Positions 11,815 to 22,653 of a stretch of DNA of 64,000 nt are shown piece after piece. Source of the DNA: Anthoceros angustus (lineage: Eukaryota; Plantae; Anthocerotophyta); contig VJWM01000103.1 of assembly GCA_010909165.1 (NCBI GenBank), forward strand, positions 1 through 64,000, written 5' to 3'. The first letter of the stretch is position 1, and each line of letters opens with the position of its first letter. The notes below the pieces were generated by a model. The model did no database searches. It was not told where the DNA came from and saw only the letters and a program-made list of their open reading frames with translations. A program made the translations under genes and the position numbers.

Positions 11815-14329
11815 GGTACGACCCTCGTCGCTTCCTGCAGTGCGCCACCGCGGCCAGCGGGCGTACCCGCTATAAGCCTGCAGCGATTCCGGTCTGGCCC
11901 ACGCATGCCGACTCCACCGGGGCCCGCGTGGCGCCACGCCTCATGTCCTCACGCCTCCGCTCCCGGTTACTTTCTCTGGCGCATCCCTATTTTGACTGGA
12001 GTGGGTTGGGACTTATCCGTTATAGGCATGTCAGGAGCTTGCCATGGTGCAGGGTCCGTTGTTCACTCCAGTCGGAGTACTGGGAACCTCGTCCGGGGCT
12101 ACCCCAATTTATTCCTCCTTCTTATTTATCCTTCAATCCTAAAAAGAGAAACCTATATTTCAATTCTGTCTAGCTCCCGTTGCGGAAGGAACCCTTTGAT
12201 GATCTGTTCAAGATGTGCGGCCGGTGGTTTACGCCTCATCTAACAACCATATACACATTTAGAGTGAGCACCCGCTCACCATGCGAGCGAAGCCGAGGAC
12301 ATGAGCATCCTCATCCAGGGTGTAGCACTGTCGCTCTTCGCTACGGTTCTTACCCTCTCCTCCGTGGACAATCCACAGGCGCCTTGGGTCGAGGGGTCCC
12401 CATGCGGCTCTGTCGGTGACTTCCCCACCTCGGTTCCTCTTCCCTTGACGGTGGCGGTTTAGCCACCGTGGTGGTAGTTTCCCCACGGTGGTGGCTTGAC
12501 TCTGCTGTTCTTTTCTGCCCTTCTTGGTTTGGCCACCTCTCTCTTGACTCGGCCCTAGCTTCATCTCTCTCTCGCTTGTATCTCATGACTTCTTGAATTT
12601 CTCGGGCGCCATTGTTTCCATTTGTTCACAGGCTCATGAGACCTCATCTTGAAACTCCTCAATTGTAGCATCGCCCCTTGACTGATTCACTAAGGCCTCT
12701 GTTGGGTGGACATGGCCCTTAGCTCCTGTGCCTTGGGGCCGCCTCGCATTCCGTCTGCGCTCCTCACACCTTGTTCTCGCCTTCTAGGCTCTCCAACTTC
12801 TCCTTGAGCAACTTTTCTGTTGACCTGCACCCGGTGAGAGCCATGGTGCTGGTCGAGGAGATCCGCTGCGTCGAGCCATGGTAGAAGTCGCTGTGATTCC
12901 CAATTGGGGCGTGCCCATTCCCTCCAACAATTCGCCTGTGGTGTCACTGTCTCCACTTGAGGAAATGCTGGGCGGAAAGGCGCCTCTTCGTTGTCCGTAG
13001 CGCGAGTGCATGGCGTACTCGACCCTCGCCTTCGGCCTTACGCCACGCGGCCGCGGCGTGAATACACTTATCTCGCGGCCTCAGCAAAATTCACGGATCT
13101 GACCTCTTGCATGCCGACCTCCACTCGGGGCCGTCCACGTGGCGCCGCCTCGTCATCCTCACGCCTCGCTCCCGAGTTTACTTTCCAGCGTACTTATCCT
13201 ATTTGACTGGGTGGGTTCGGACTTATCCGTTACTCGGCGTAGTCGGAGCTTGCCATAGTGTACGGGTCCGTTGTTCCTCGAGTCGGAGTATACTCCGGGA
13301 ACCTCGTCCGGCGCTACCCCAATTTATTCCTCCTTTTCGCCTTATTTATCCTTCAATCCTCATGAAACCCTACTTATTTCCTAACTCCCGAGGAAGTCAC
13401 TGGCCCACACAAAGCCCACATGCACATTATTCCGCTCCTCATCATTTGGGCCACCGTATGCTCCTCCTCCACGCTCGGCCTCACTTGGCTCATTTCCTCG
13501 ATCACCACTTGGGGGTAGGCCCCGCTCCCGTTCGGAAGAACCCTTTGATAGCGCCGTGGCGTCAAGATGTGACCGATAGTTTACGCCCCTCTGTCCCAAC
13601 AACCACATACACATTTAGAGTGAGCACCCGCTCACCATGCGGTGGCGAGGACATGAGCATCCTCATCCAGACGCCGTAACTGTCGCCTTGACTAGAGGTT
13701 CTTACCCTCTCCCGTGGACAATCCACTGGTGGCGCCTTGGAATCCGAGGGGTCGTATCCCCACTGCGGCTCCGGTGACTTCCCCACCTCGGTTCCTTCTT
13801 CATGCGGCGGTGGCGGTTTAGCCACCGTGGTGGTGGCTTCCCCAGGTGGTGGCCCGGCTCTGCGGTTCTGTGGCTCCCTTCTTGGTTTGGCCACCTCTCT
13901 CTTGACTGGCCTAGCTTCATCTCTCTCGCTTGTATCTCTCATGACTTCTTGAATTTCTCGGGCGCCATTGTTTCCATTTGCTCACAGGCTCATGAGACCT
14001 CATCTTGAAGCTCTCCTCAATTGTAGCATCGCCCCTTGACTGATTCACTAAGGCCTCTGTTGGGTGGACATGGCCCTTGGACACTCCTGTGCCCCATAGG
14101 GCCGCCTCGCATTCCGTCTGCGCTCCTCTGCCACCTTGTTCTCGCCTTCTAGGCTCTCCAACTTTCCTTGAGCAACTTTTCTGTGGGCACACTCGGTGAG
14201 AGCCATGGTGCTGGTCGAGGAGATCCGCTGCGTCGAGCCATGGCGAAGTCGGCTAGATTCATTGGGCTGCCCGTGCCCATTCCCTCCACAACAATTCGCC
14301 TTGCAGGCGGTGTCACTGTCTCCACTTGA
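11776..14329. repeat. Direct tandem duplication: about 11776-12960 and 12969-14329 (second copy carries about 140 bp extra near 13385-13525)
   Basis: Co-linear anchors include GGCGCCTC, ACATTTAGAGTGAGCACCCGCTCACCATGCG and GTCACTGTCTCCACTTGA. Differences are mostly small indels. Confidence 0.85.
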
Positions 14330-17300
14330 CGGTCGGGTCGGTGAAATGTCGCCAAAATGTTCAGCTCCGTCGCGGACTTGGCTATCGAAACTAACCCCTC
14401 TTCTTCTAGGGGTTGGTTTGCCACTACTTCCTCATCCGCTCCAATCTCTCCTAGCGGCGACTCCTCCCCCCCACGAGAGGCACAACTTGTCGTTCCCTTT
14501 TATTTTCTCCTCCTTCACCGCGTTCCTGCTGCGATTTCGACTGGTGACCCTAGGTGTGGCTGTGGGTTCCTCTTACTGCTGGTATCCTTCCTTCTTCCGA
14601 CCCCGTTCGTCCGCTTCTTGCCCTTGAAACCTCCCCACCTTCATCAAGATCTTCTAGGGAGGCGCATTCCCAAGCTACTGGAATCCTTCCCCGGAATCCT
14701 CCTTACCTCCTCTTCCTCTACCTTGAGTTCCACGGGTTTCCGGCTATGAAGGAACCACGACTTCAACTCTCGTTAGACACGGAATCACGAACACATGAAT
14801 TAGAAAAGGTGAAATCAAGGAGGGCGAGGGAAGGGAGAAACAAGTCGCCTTCTCCTCCAGGCTCTTTCAAAGATCATCCGCCCCAATCGATTGTGTACCT
14901 TAACCACCTCATGAAGAAAGACCGAGTAGTGCGCCATGATCAACTTCACATTAGCGAAACACAAAATCCACTTGGCCTAATCCCACAGTGCGAACACGAG
15001 TTGGCGGAGTCACCCATCCATTATTCACCCTCACTTCTCCGAGCTTCATGGCGCGGCTGCGGCTCTCGGGGTCTTCTTTCTCAGGTCAATTACCAAGCTT
15101 CCATCCTCATGCTTCGCCCTGCTTTGCTCGAAAGAGCCCCAAATCCAGTTTTGCGGCCTCTTTCTCCTCGCGTCTCCCTCTTGCGACACAGTTTCTCAAT
15201 TGCGGGCACTCTTGCACCAATGTGTATCGTAACACCATTTCTTCTCCATAAATTCGGACCCGGCTCCACACCGGGCTGCCGGCTCTCACCTTCCGGTGGT
15301 CCATGTTGTTCTATGAGGGATTTGACTGCCAATGGGCGCCATCTCCCTTTCTCCTTGTTTCAGGAAAGAAAGACGGCCCCTGCGGGCCAGGTCGAAAAAG
15401 GGAACACCACCCTCGCACGTCTCCTCACTCCCCTTTCTTGTTGGCGCTCTTGCCTCGGCGCCTCTTTTCCTCCTTAAGCTGCGCCGGTACTGGTTTGGAA
15501 TTCTCAATTGGCGACAATCCAGGAGGAGGGCAAAGTGCGTTGAGCCAACTCCTCTTGATGGCGTCCTCACTTGTGGCGGGGGGCGCTAGGCGTAGGCAAG
15601 AGGAAAAGCCGCCATCACCCTCAGCCCCAGCTGCGGTCAGTCGAGCACAAAGGGAGCTAGGCGCTGAAGGAAGAGGAACCCTATTTGGGCGAGGAGAAAG
15701 AGGAAGGCGAAGCTCGAGGAGTGGAAGTCTCAAGCTGTTTGTGGAGAAGGCCTGGAGTCAGAGTCTTGGAGGCCGTCGAGGCCGGAGGCCGAGGCCCAGG
15801 GTGCCTAGGACGGTGAGAATTTGGGGCATTGGGGTCGGACAAGGAGACCCGCACTATTTTACCATCCGTGACCTCTAAAGTCTTGGGATGAGCGATTTTT
15901 GTTTGGAGTGTTTGTTTGGCAAAGTGTCTTGAGAATCGCGGGTAAGGTCTTTTATTGGGAATGGTCCTTGGCCCTTGGTGATAATAATTTTATTTTATTT
16001 TTTGGGACCTTAGTTCGACTACGGATATGTAAGTCGGAAATAGAGTCCTTAGGTTTTAAGTACAGAGAAATAAGAAAGTGTCTATATATGTTAGGGGTGC
16101 CTACAACACCCGCGATTATAGCGGTCAAGAGGAGGTGGCAGTTCCTGCAGTGGCCGAGCAGGACGTGCAGACCGAGGGAGTTTACAACCCTAGTGGCGGG
16201 CGGTTGCAGATCGGAGGCGCGAGGCGGACACCAGCCTTCAGTCATAATTTCGAGCCAGGGGCGTCGGAAGTTGGCCAGGCAATTTAGTGCATACAGGCTG
16301 CCTTTGGCCCCATGCCCCAATTTCTTCAAGCCCAGGTGGTTGTAAACCGCCCTCAGGAGTGTACATGTGGTCTTCCACAGCACCATAATTTTTTAAGGGG
16401 GTGAATATGCATCAAGAGGGTGTAGAGGGTATTGTTTCCCTCTCCCCGTTGGAGACAGGACAGGCTCCGGGTGAGGCTGCTGCCAGTGGCCTCCCGCTCC
16501 TTGGGCCGCGTCCCTCTCCGCCCTTCGCACAGCCTCCTCCGCTTCTTGCCACTCGTTGGCGGGGCAAGAACGCACCATCACTGGGTGCTGCGTGTGGCAC
16601 CGTCTTGCCTCTTTTTTCGAAGCCCAGTGACGAGACTCGGCCTGCCATTGTAGTGGGTGCGGCATGGGGCTGGGCGCTAACTCAGATCATGGCCGCCTCT
16701 CCTGCGGCCGGCTCCGGTGGGGCACCGGGGAAGAGAGGCGGGATGTCCTCCACACTTCTCTGGGTGGCGAGGGGGTCCGCTCAGGCGTGAGTGGAATTCC
16801 CTCCCTCATCCTCTCCTGGACCTCTTACTCGGGTGCAGTACCCTCTGCCTCTGCGCTCTTCCCTACTTGCCTTGGTGAGGCGGCGGCCCTTTCCGAGATG
16901 CTGGTTCCTCTTCACCTTCCTTGGAGGTTCGCGTGCCCACATGAATCAAAGCAGCGATAACTGCAAGCGGAGGGCTTCTACCTCATTAGGCTTCTGATTA
17001 ACCTCGGCAAGATTATCCTTCCCGATCGCCCTCTTTCCCCTGCGAGGCATGCGAACACCGATGGTGTCACCAAGGTGATGCATTCCAGTGGACAATGATC
17101 CGGCCATCGCTCTCACCCTCTCCGGCCAAATGGCATCATGACCGTTGGTTGTTACGTTGCGTCCCAGCTTCGGCATTGCCGCCTATCTTTCCTCTTGCCT
17201 TGAGGGGCTAACTACGCCTCTAATCTCTTCTGTGGGCGGTTTGTGGCCGACCTCCACGGTCCACCTCCTGGGTCCTCCGCAGTTCTTGGACGGACCTCCT

Positions 17301-17734
17301 TGTTGGTGCTTTTCCAGCGTACTCCGGACTAAGGCGGCAATGGCCAGTCAGGACGCCTGGAAAATGTCCAGCGCCATTCCTTCACCGGCTCCCGCCTCCT
17401 CCGGCCGGACGAAGTGGGGTAGCGCTTAGACGATGTTGCGCTCACCAAGCGCCTTGTCCACGCCGCCGCTTTCTTGGGTCCCATCTTGCACTCCTACATC
17501 CCGTGGCAGGCGTGAGCTCCACAATCTTCCGCTGCTGTCGCGGTGTCAATTTGCTTCACTGCGCCACGTCGAGGCGCTAAGGATCTGGGCGATCAAAAGA
17601 CGCCGAGAGGCCGGGTGTACGAGCGAGAGGCTGCGAAACTTCGCCAGTTGTTTGAAGAATGACCTCCGCCTGTGTCTCCGTCGGAGAAGTAACCGCATGG
17701 CGGAGGGCTGACTCTTCAGTCCGTGAGTTTGCAT
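13660..17734 (-). mobile_element. ORF-Y copy (longest, frameshifted), interrupted by an AT-richer insert at about 15.88-16.4 kb
   Basis: ATG at 17734 in the same GAGTAAGC(C/T)ATG context. Shares ERNI-T-R and AACAAGGAGGTCC blocks with copy 1. Coiled-coil-like C-terminus (LLKEKLESLEGENK..., ERDEAR) at 13.7-14.2 kb. Confidence 0.5.
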
Positions 17735-20528
17735 AGCTTACTCTCACCTTACGCTTCATACTGCGGCCTTCAACATTGCCGCTGATACTGGAGCGTGAAT
17801 ACCGCCTATAACGCCACTTGGCAATGCTTTCGGTCTGGCTGCTGCCGAGTCTCACCTCAAGACCATCCACGTGGGCGCGCCTGTCTAATTCACGCCTAAC
17901 TAAGTTACCTTACTTGGCGTACCTGTTTGACTCGGGTGGGGTCCGAACTTATCCACACTCGATGCGATCAGGAGGTCCTCGAGTGAGCTCCAGTCCGTTA
18001 CTGCAGGAGTCCGAGTGCGGTCCGAGATCGAGTACCGTCTGCAGTGGTGCTTCTTCCTCCCTTTCGCCTTATTTTGCACCTCCATACCTACGAAAAAAAA
18101 CAAACCCGGCTTATTTCCCTAACTCCCAAGGAGAGTCCGCTGTCCACTTTCGGTTTTCAAGTTTGACCAAATTCCTAACGTCCGCCATGGTGACATGTGT
18201 AAATCAAGAGGCAATGGCCCGGCTCTGCAAGCACCCTCCATGCGTCCCCTCCCCCTCACGCCGGTTCCTACTCTTTAGTGTCCTCTTCTAAGAGATAAGG
18301 GCCCTTGTTAACTCGTTCCCTTGAAAACTTAATTGAAAGGAGGACGGTTGTTCCCTTGGTCCAAGTTTTGTTGCAGCAAGAAGTTGCAGAAAAATATACG
18401 ATTCTCGAAAAAAAAATATTTCAAAGAAATTTCATGTATGATTAGTTTAGAGTTTTTTGACAAGGCTAGCCTAAAAATACTTAAGACCTTAAACTACAAA
18501 AAGTACAAAAAATCTTGTCACAAAAATAGAAATATTTAATAAGTTTCAAATCATTCATGACATGAATGGAAATGTCTATACCAAATCTTGATAGGAATGG
18601 AAACGTTTGCTTCCAAAGTGAGAAATTTCTTTGTTCTAGAAATTGTTGCTTCATTTGAAACACCTGAACCGTCCTATAAATTGCAAATGGGTCTAGTCAT
18701 GGACAAAAAAGGTCACTAAGAAATTTGTTTTGTTACCCATGAGTATGTATAAGTCACATGTATACCCCGATCGCCCTCTTTCCCCTCTGCGGGGCATGCG
18801 GGAACACGATGGTGTCACCAAGGTGATCTACCTTGGTGAGCATATTCCATGGACAATGATCAGCCCTTTGCTCTCACCCTCAATAAATCCGACATCGGTA
18901 ACCGTTGGTTGTTACGTTCGTCCACGGCTTCAGCATACGCCTATCTTTCCTCTTGCCGAGGGGCTCGGGAACTCGCCAATCTCTCTTCTTTGGGCGGTTG
19001 TAAACGCCGCCTCAGACCTCCACGGACCTCCTTGGGTCCTCCAGCGAGTTCTTGGACACGGACCTCCTTGTTAGCTGCCAGCATTTTTCAGCGTACTCCC
19101 GGACTAAGCGGCCATTGTCGAAGTCAGGACGGCTGGAAAATGTCAGTGCCATTCCTTCACCGGCTCCCGCCTCCTCGACCACGGCCGGGAAGTGGAGTAG
19201 CGCTTGGTGGCGATGTTGCGCTCACCAAAGCGCCATCGCGCCCGCCGCTTTCTTGGGTCCCATCTTGCACTCCATACATCCCGTGGCTGAGGCGTGAGCT
19301 CCACAATCTTCCGGCTCGTCGCGGTGTCAATTTCACTTCACTCGCCCGTCGACTGCGCCTAAGGATCTGCGGCGATCAAGACAACGCCGGGAGCCGGGTG
19401 TACGGTAGCGAGAGTGGAAACTACGCCGAAGTTGTTTGGAAGAATGACCTCCATACGCTTGTCTCCGTCGGAAGTACACGTAGCGGGCTGGCTCCGTAAT
19501 GGCCCGAGTTTGCATGGCTTACTCTCACCTTACGCTTAGCCTACTCGGCCTTGTTTGCCGCGATCTGTGAGGCGTGAATACCGCCTATAACGGCCCTTGG
19601 CAATGCTCACAGGTCCTGCTGCTTTGCCATGCCGTCTACCACCATTACCATCCACGTGGCGCGCCTGTCTAATTCACGCCCCAACTTCTAAGTTACCTTA
19701 CTTGGCATTTATCCGTTTTGACTCGGGTGGGGTCCGAACTTATCCGACACTCGATGCGTTCGGAGGTCCTCGGAGTGAGCTCCAGTCCGTTGCCTGCAGG
19801 AGTCCGGTGCGATCGAGTCTGATCAGAATCACAAGTGGTGCTTCTTCCTCCCTTTCGCCTTATTTTACCTCCATACCTCTGAAAAAAAACAAACCCGATT
19901 TCCCTAACAGGAGGTCAGTTGTCCACCTCGGTTTTCAAGTTTGACCAAATTCTTTGCCATGGTCAAATGGACATGTAAATCAAGAGGCAATGGCCTGCAG
20001 CTCTGTCCGTCATCCCCCTCTCCCCTGGTACCCTAGGTTCCTACTCTTTAGTGTCCTCTTCTAAGAGATAAGGGCCCTTGTTAACTCGTTCCTTGAAAAC
20101 TTAATTGAAAGGAGACGTTTCCATGGTCCAAGTTTTGTTACGTGCAAAGTTCGAGAAAAATATCTGATTCCTCGAAAAAAAAATTTCAAAGAAATTTCAT
20201 GTATGATTAGTTTAGAGTTTTTGACAAGGCTAGCCTAAAAATACTTAAGACCTTAAACTACAAAAGTACAAAAATCTTGTCACAAAAATAGAAATATTTA
20301 ATAAGTTTCAAATCATTCATTCATGAATGGAAATGTCTATACCAAATCTTGATAGGAATGGAAGCGTTTGCTTCCAAAGTGAGAAATTTCTTTGTTCTAG
20401 AAATTGTTGCTTCATTTGGAAACACCTTGAACAATCCTATAAATTGCCCGGTGGTCTAGTCATGGACAAAAAAGGTCACTAGAAATTTGTTTTAAGTTAC
20501 CCGGTAGTATGTATAAGTCCACATGTAT
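17022..20528. repeat. Direct tandem duplication of about 1.75 kb (17022-18765 and 18766-20528)
   Basis: Both copies begin CCCGATCGCCCTCTTT and end GTATAAGTC(C)ACATGTATA, joined with no linker. Confidence 0.92.
18766..19515 (-). mobile_element. ORF-Y 5' fragment inside the tandem duplication
   Basis: ATG at 19515 (GAGAGTAAGCCATG); co-linear with 17022-17734. Confidence 0.55.
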
Positions 20529-20548
20529 ATATATATATATATATATAT
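20524..20548. repeat. (TA)n microsatellite at the right border of the TE block
   Basis: Read directly from the sequence. Confidence 0.95.
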
Positions 20549-21111
20549 TTAAGTAGTCTAGCCTTTTGAGGACTCACATGAGAGTCTCACGTATTAATCT
20601 GGCGGGGAGACGGACCTAGCCGAGACAGGGCTTTTGTGGAAGCTAAGGGTTTAAGTTAGCAAAAGCTCAAAAAGCGAGCTACAACTAATTTTACCGGTTT
20701 CGTAACTTCCGCACAAACATTGTACAAGCCTCTCACTTCCTTTCTTACCATTACCAATACAATTGATATCGCTTAGGTCATTGATAAAAATGAACCATGT
20801 TTCTGCTGATACATGTTCACCTCGTCCAGGAGAGATGGATGTCAAAGTAGGCACTGAGAGTCTATCTAGCTTTGCACCTGTATGCCTCAACATCGAGGCC
20901 GATGAATTGGATGGTGAGGAAGGAACTTCAGCGAAACCAGTCGTCAACGGATTAGGTGGAAGTCTTGGCGAAGGAAACATTCGAGAGACACACTTTTGGG
21001 AACATCTTGCTCCCTTTCGCAAGGTGGCAAAGGTGATTTGTGTGTCATTTTCTGTACATGTGATTGCTTAGATTGGTTTGAATTTGAACACGATCTTTAA
21101 GTGCGAGGCCA

Positions 21112-21263
21112 ACTCCAAATTTGTCTTCTTGTCATCTTTGTAGAAGTACACCACCCGACAAACTTTATGGCTTGCCTATCAAACCTTACTCCAAATTTGT
21201 CTTCTTGTCATCTTTGTAGAAGTACACCACCCGACAAACTTTATGGCTTGCCTATCAAACCTT
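21112..21263. repeat. Perfect 76-bp tandem duplication
   Basis: ACTCCAAATTTGTCTTCTTG...CTATCAAACCTT occurs twice back to back. Confidence 0.95.
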
Positions 21264-21326
21264 AGGAGTCGTGTACGGTGACATCGGCACATCTCCACTC
21301 TACGTCTTCTCCAAGCTCCTATTGCG

Positions 21327-21367
21327 CCTTTTTTTACTATCTACAACTTATAGATAGTAAAAAAAGG
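21327..21367. repeat. Perfect 17-bp inverted repeat with a 7-nt loop
   Basis: CCTTTTTTTACTATCTA-caactta-TAGATAGTAAAAAAAGG. Confidence 0.95.
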
Positions 21368-22477
21368 ATCAATGATTTAGTATTTTAATTTATTAATTTA
21401 CTATCTACAACTTTTACTTCTTTGCTTGGTTTTAGAAAATCACACTCCTTGTTTAATATCAAGTACATGATTTGGGATATGTATAGGAAACTATTTCTAA
21501 GGTGCATGACTTGCTCTTGATTAATATCAATTACTATAAGTGTAATAGATGACTTTATATATAGGTGTCTTGAGATATAGAAGTAGGTTCCAGCTCCGTC
21601 TTACTCATGACCTCGGAGGTCTAACGTTAGAGATCTCGGTAAGATATTTTAGAGTGAATGGACTCACCCATCTCTCGTTATTCAATAAAACCACTAATTT
21701 TATATTAGCTACAAGATTATATGAAATGTTTAGTATCCATGACTTTATCGTGGCCAAGATCTGTCAATAAGAGGGCAAACCCATGAGTTTAAGCTAGATC
21801 GCCGTTATTGCTGTCTCTCTGAAGTTCTTCTGAAGTTACGCGAATATCCCGTTCTTTAGAAGTCGTAGCAAGCAAGGGGCTTCCTCATTTTCACAAATCC
21901 TATCATTAGGGTGGAGCTAGGTTCTGAATCAATTTCCCTTCGACCTTCCACGTCAGATATCTCCGGTGTTTGCCCCGTCTCGGTTGCTCCTCCCGAGAGA
22001 GGAAGGGTGTTAACTTATTCTCTTGGATTGAGAGGAGGGTTGTTCCCTTGGAGGGTTGCACAGTAGCATGGCATGGTCTCAAGGGGAAAGCTCATTTCTC
22101 TTTCAGAAACGCATTTCTTTCATATCATGACAAACAAGAGAGGTCAGATAGTACCAATTCTGACGACCACCCAGAAGCTCTCAGCTATTGTTAGCATGAT
22201 GCTGCTAATCAAAACGGGTTTCACCCAGCGTAATGCATCCCTCAAGAGAGGCAGTAACAAAGATTTGGCGCAACCACCAAGACCTTCAAAATCTTCCAAC
22301 GCTCGTTTGCTATTCAATTAAGAAAATCGTTCAGCCTACCAACAGATCTCGGAAGCCTCAAGCTGGTTGGTGATTGCTGGTGCCAGACATACATTTTCCC
22401 CTAATTGAGAACAGTCGATTTAACCTACACATTGGTACAAAAGAGGATCGCCTTGAACATAGGCTGAAAGGAATATA

Positions 22478-22535
22478 CAGGTACACCATCGCCACACTTA
22501 CAAGTCCAGGTACACCATCGCCACACTTACAAGTC
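22478..22535. repeat. 29-bp direct tandem repeat (2 copies)
   Basis: CAGGTACACCATCGCCACACTTACAAGTC twice. Confidence 0.9.
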
Positions 22536-22653
22536 CTTGCCCGTAGCATACCGAAATTTCTCAAGACCCTCATCCTCTAAGCAGCAAATAGGGATCTACT
22601 TTACAACCTACCAACCTACTGGGAACTACACCTAAGACGGCGGAGGAGATCTG

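Noticed and set aside
15880-16410. AT-richer insert with an LTR-like end (TGTTGTAGGCACCCC on the minus strand) and a purine tract, considered as a TRIM or solo LTR
   Set aside because: No second matching LTR, PBS or TSD could be found; noted only as an interruption of ORF-Y.
20763-21071. 102-aa ORF after the TA repeat
   Set aside because: No recognisable motif or splice partner; probably a spurious ORF or decayed fragment.
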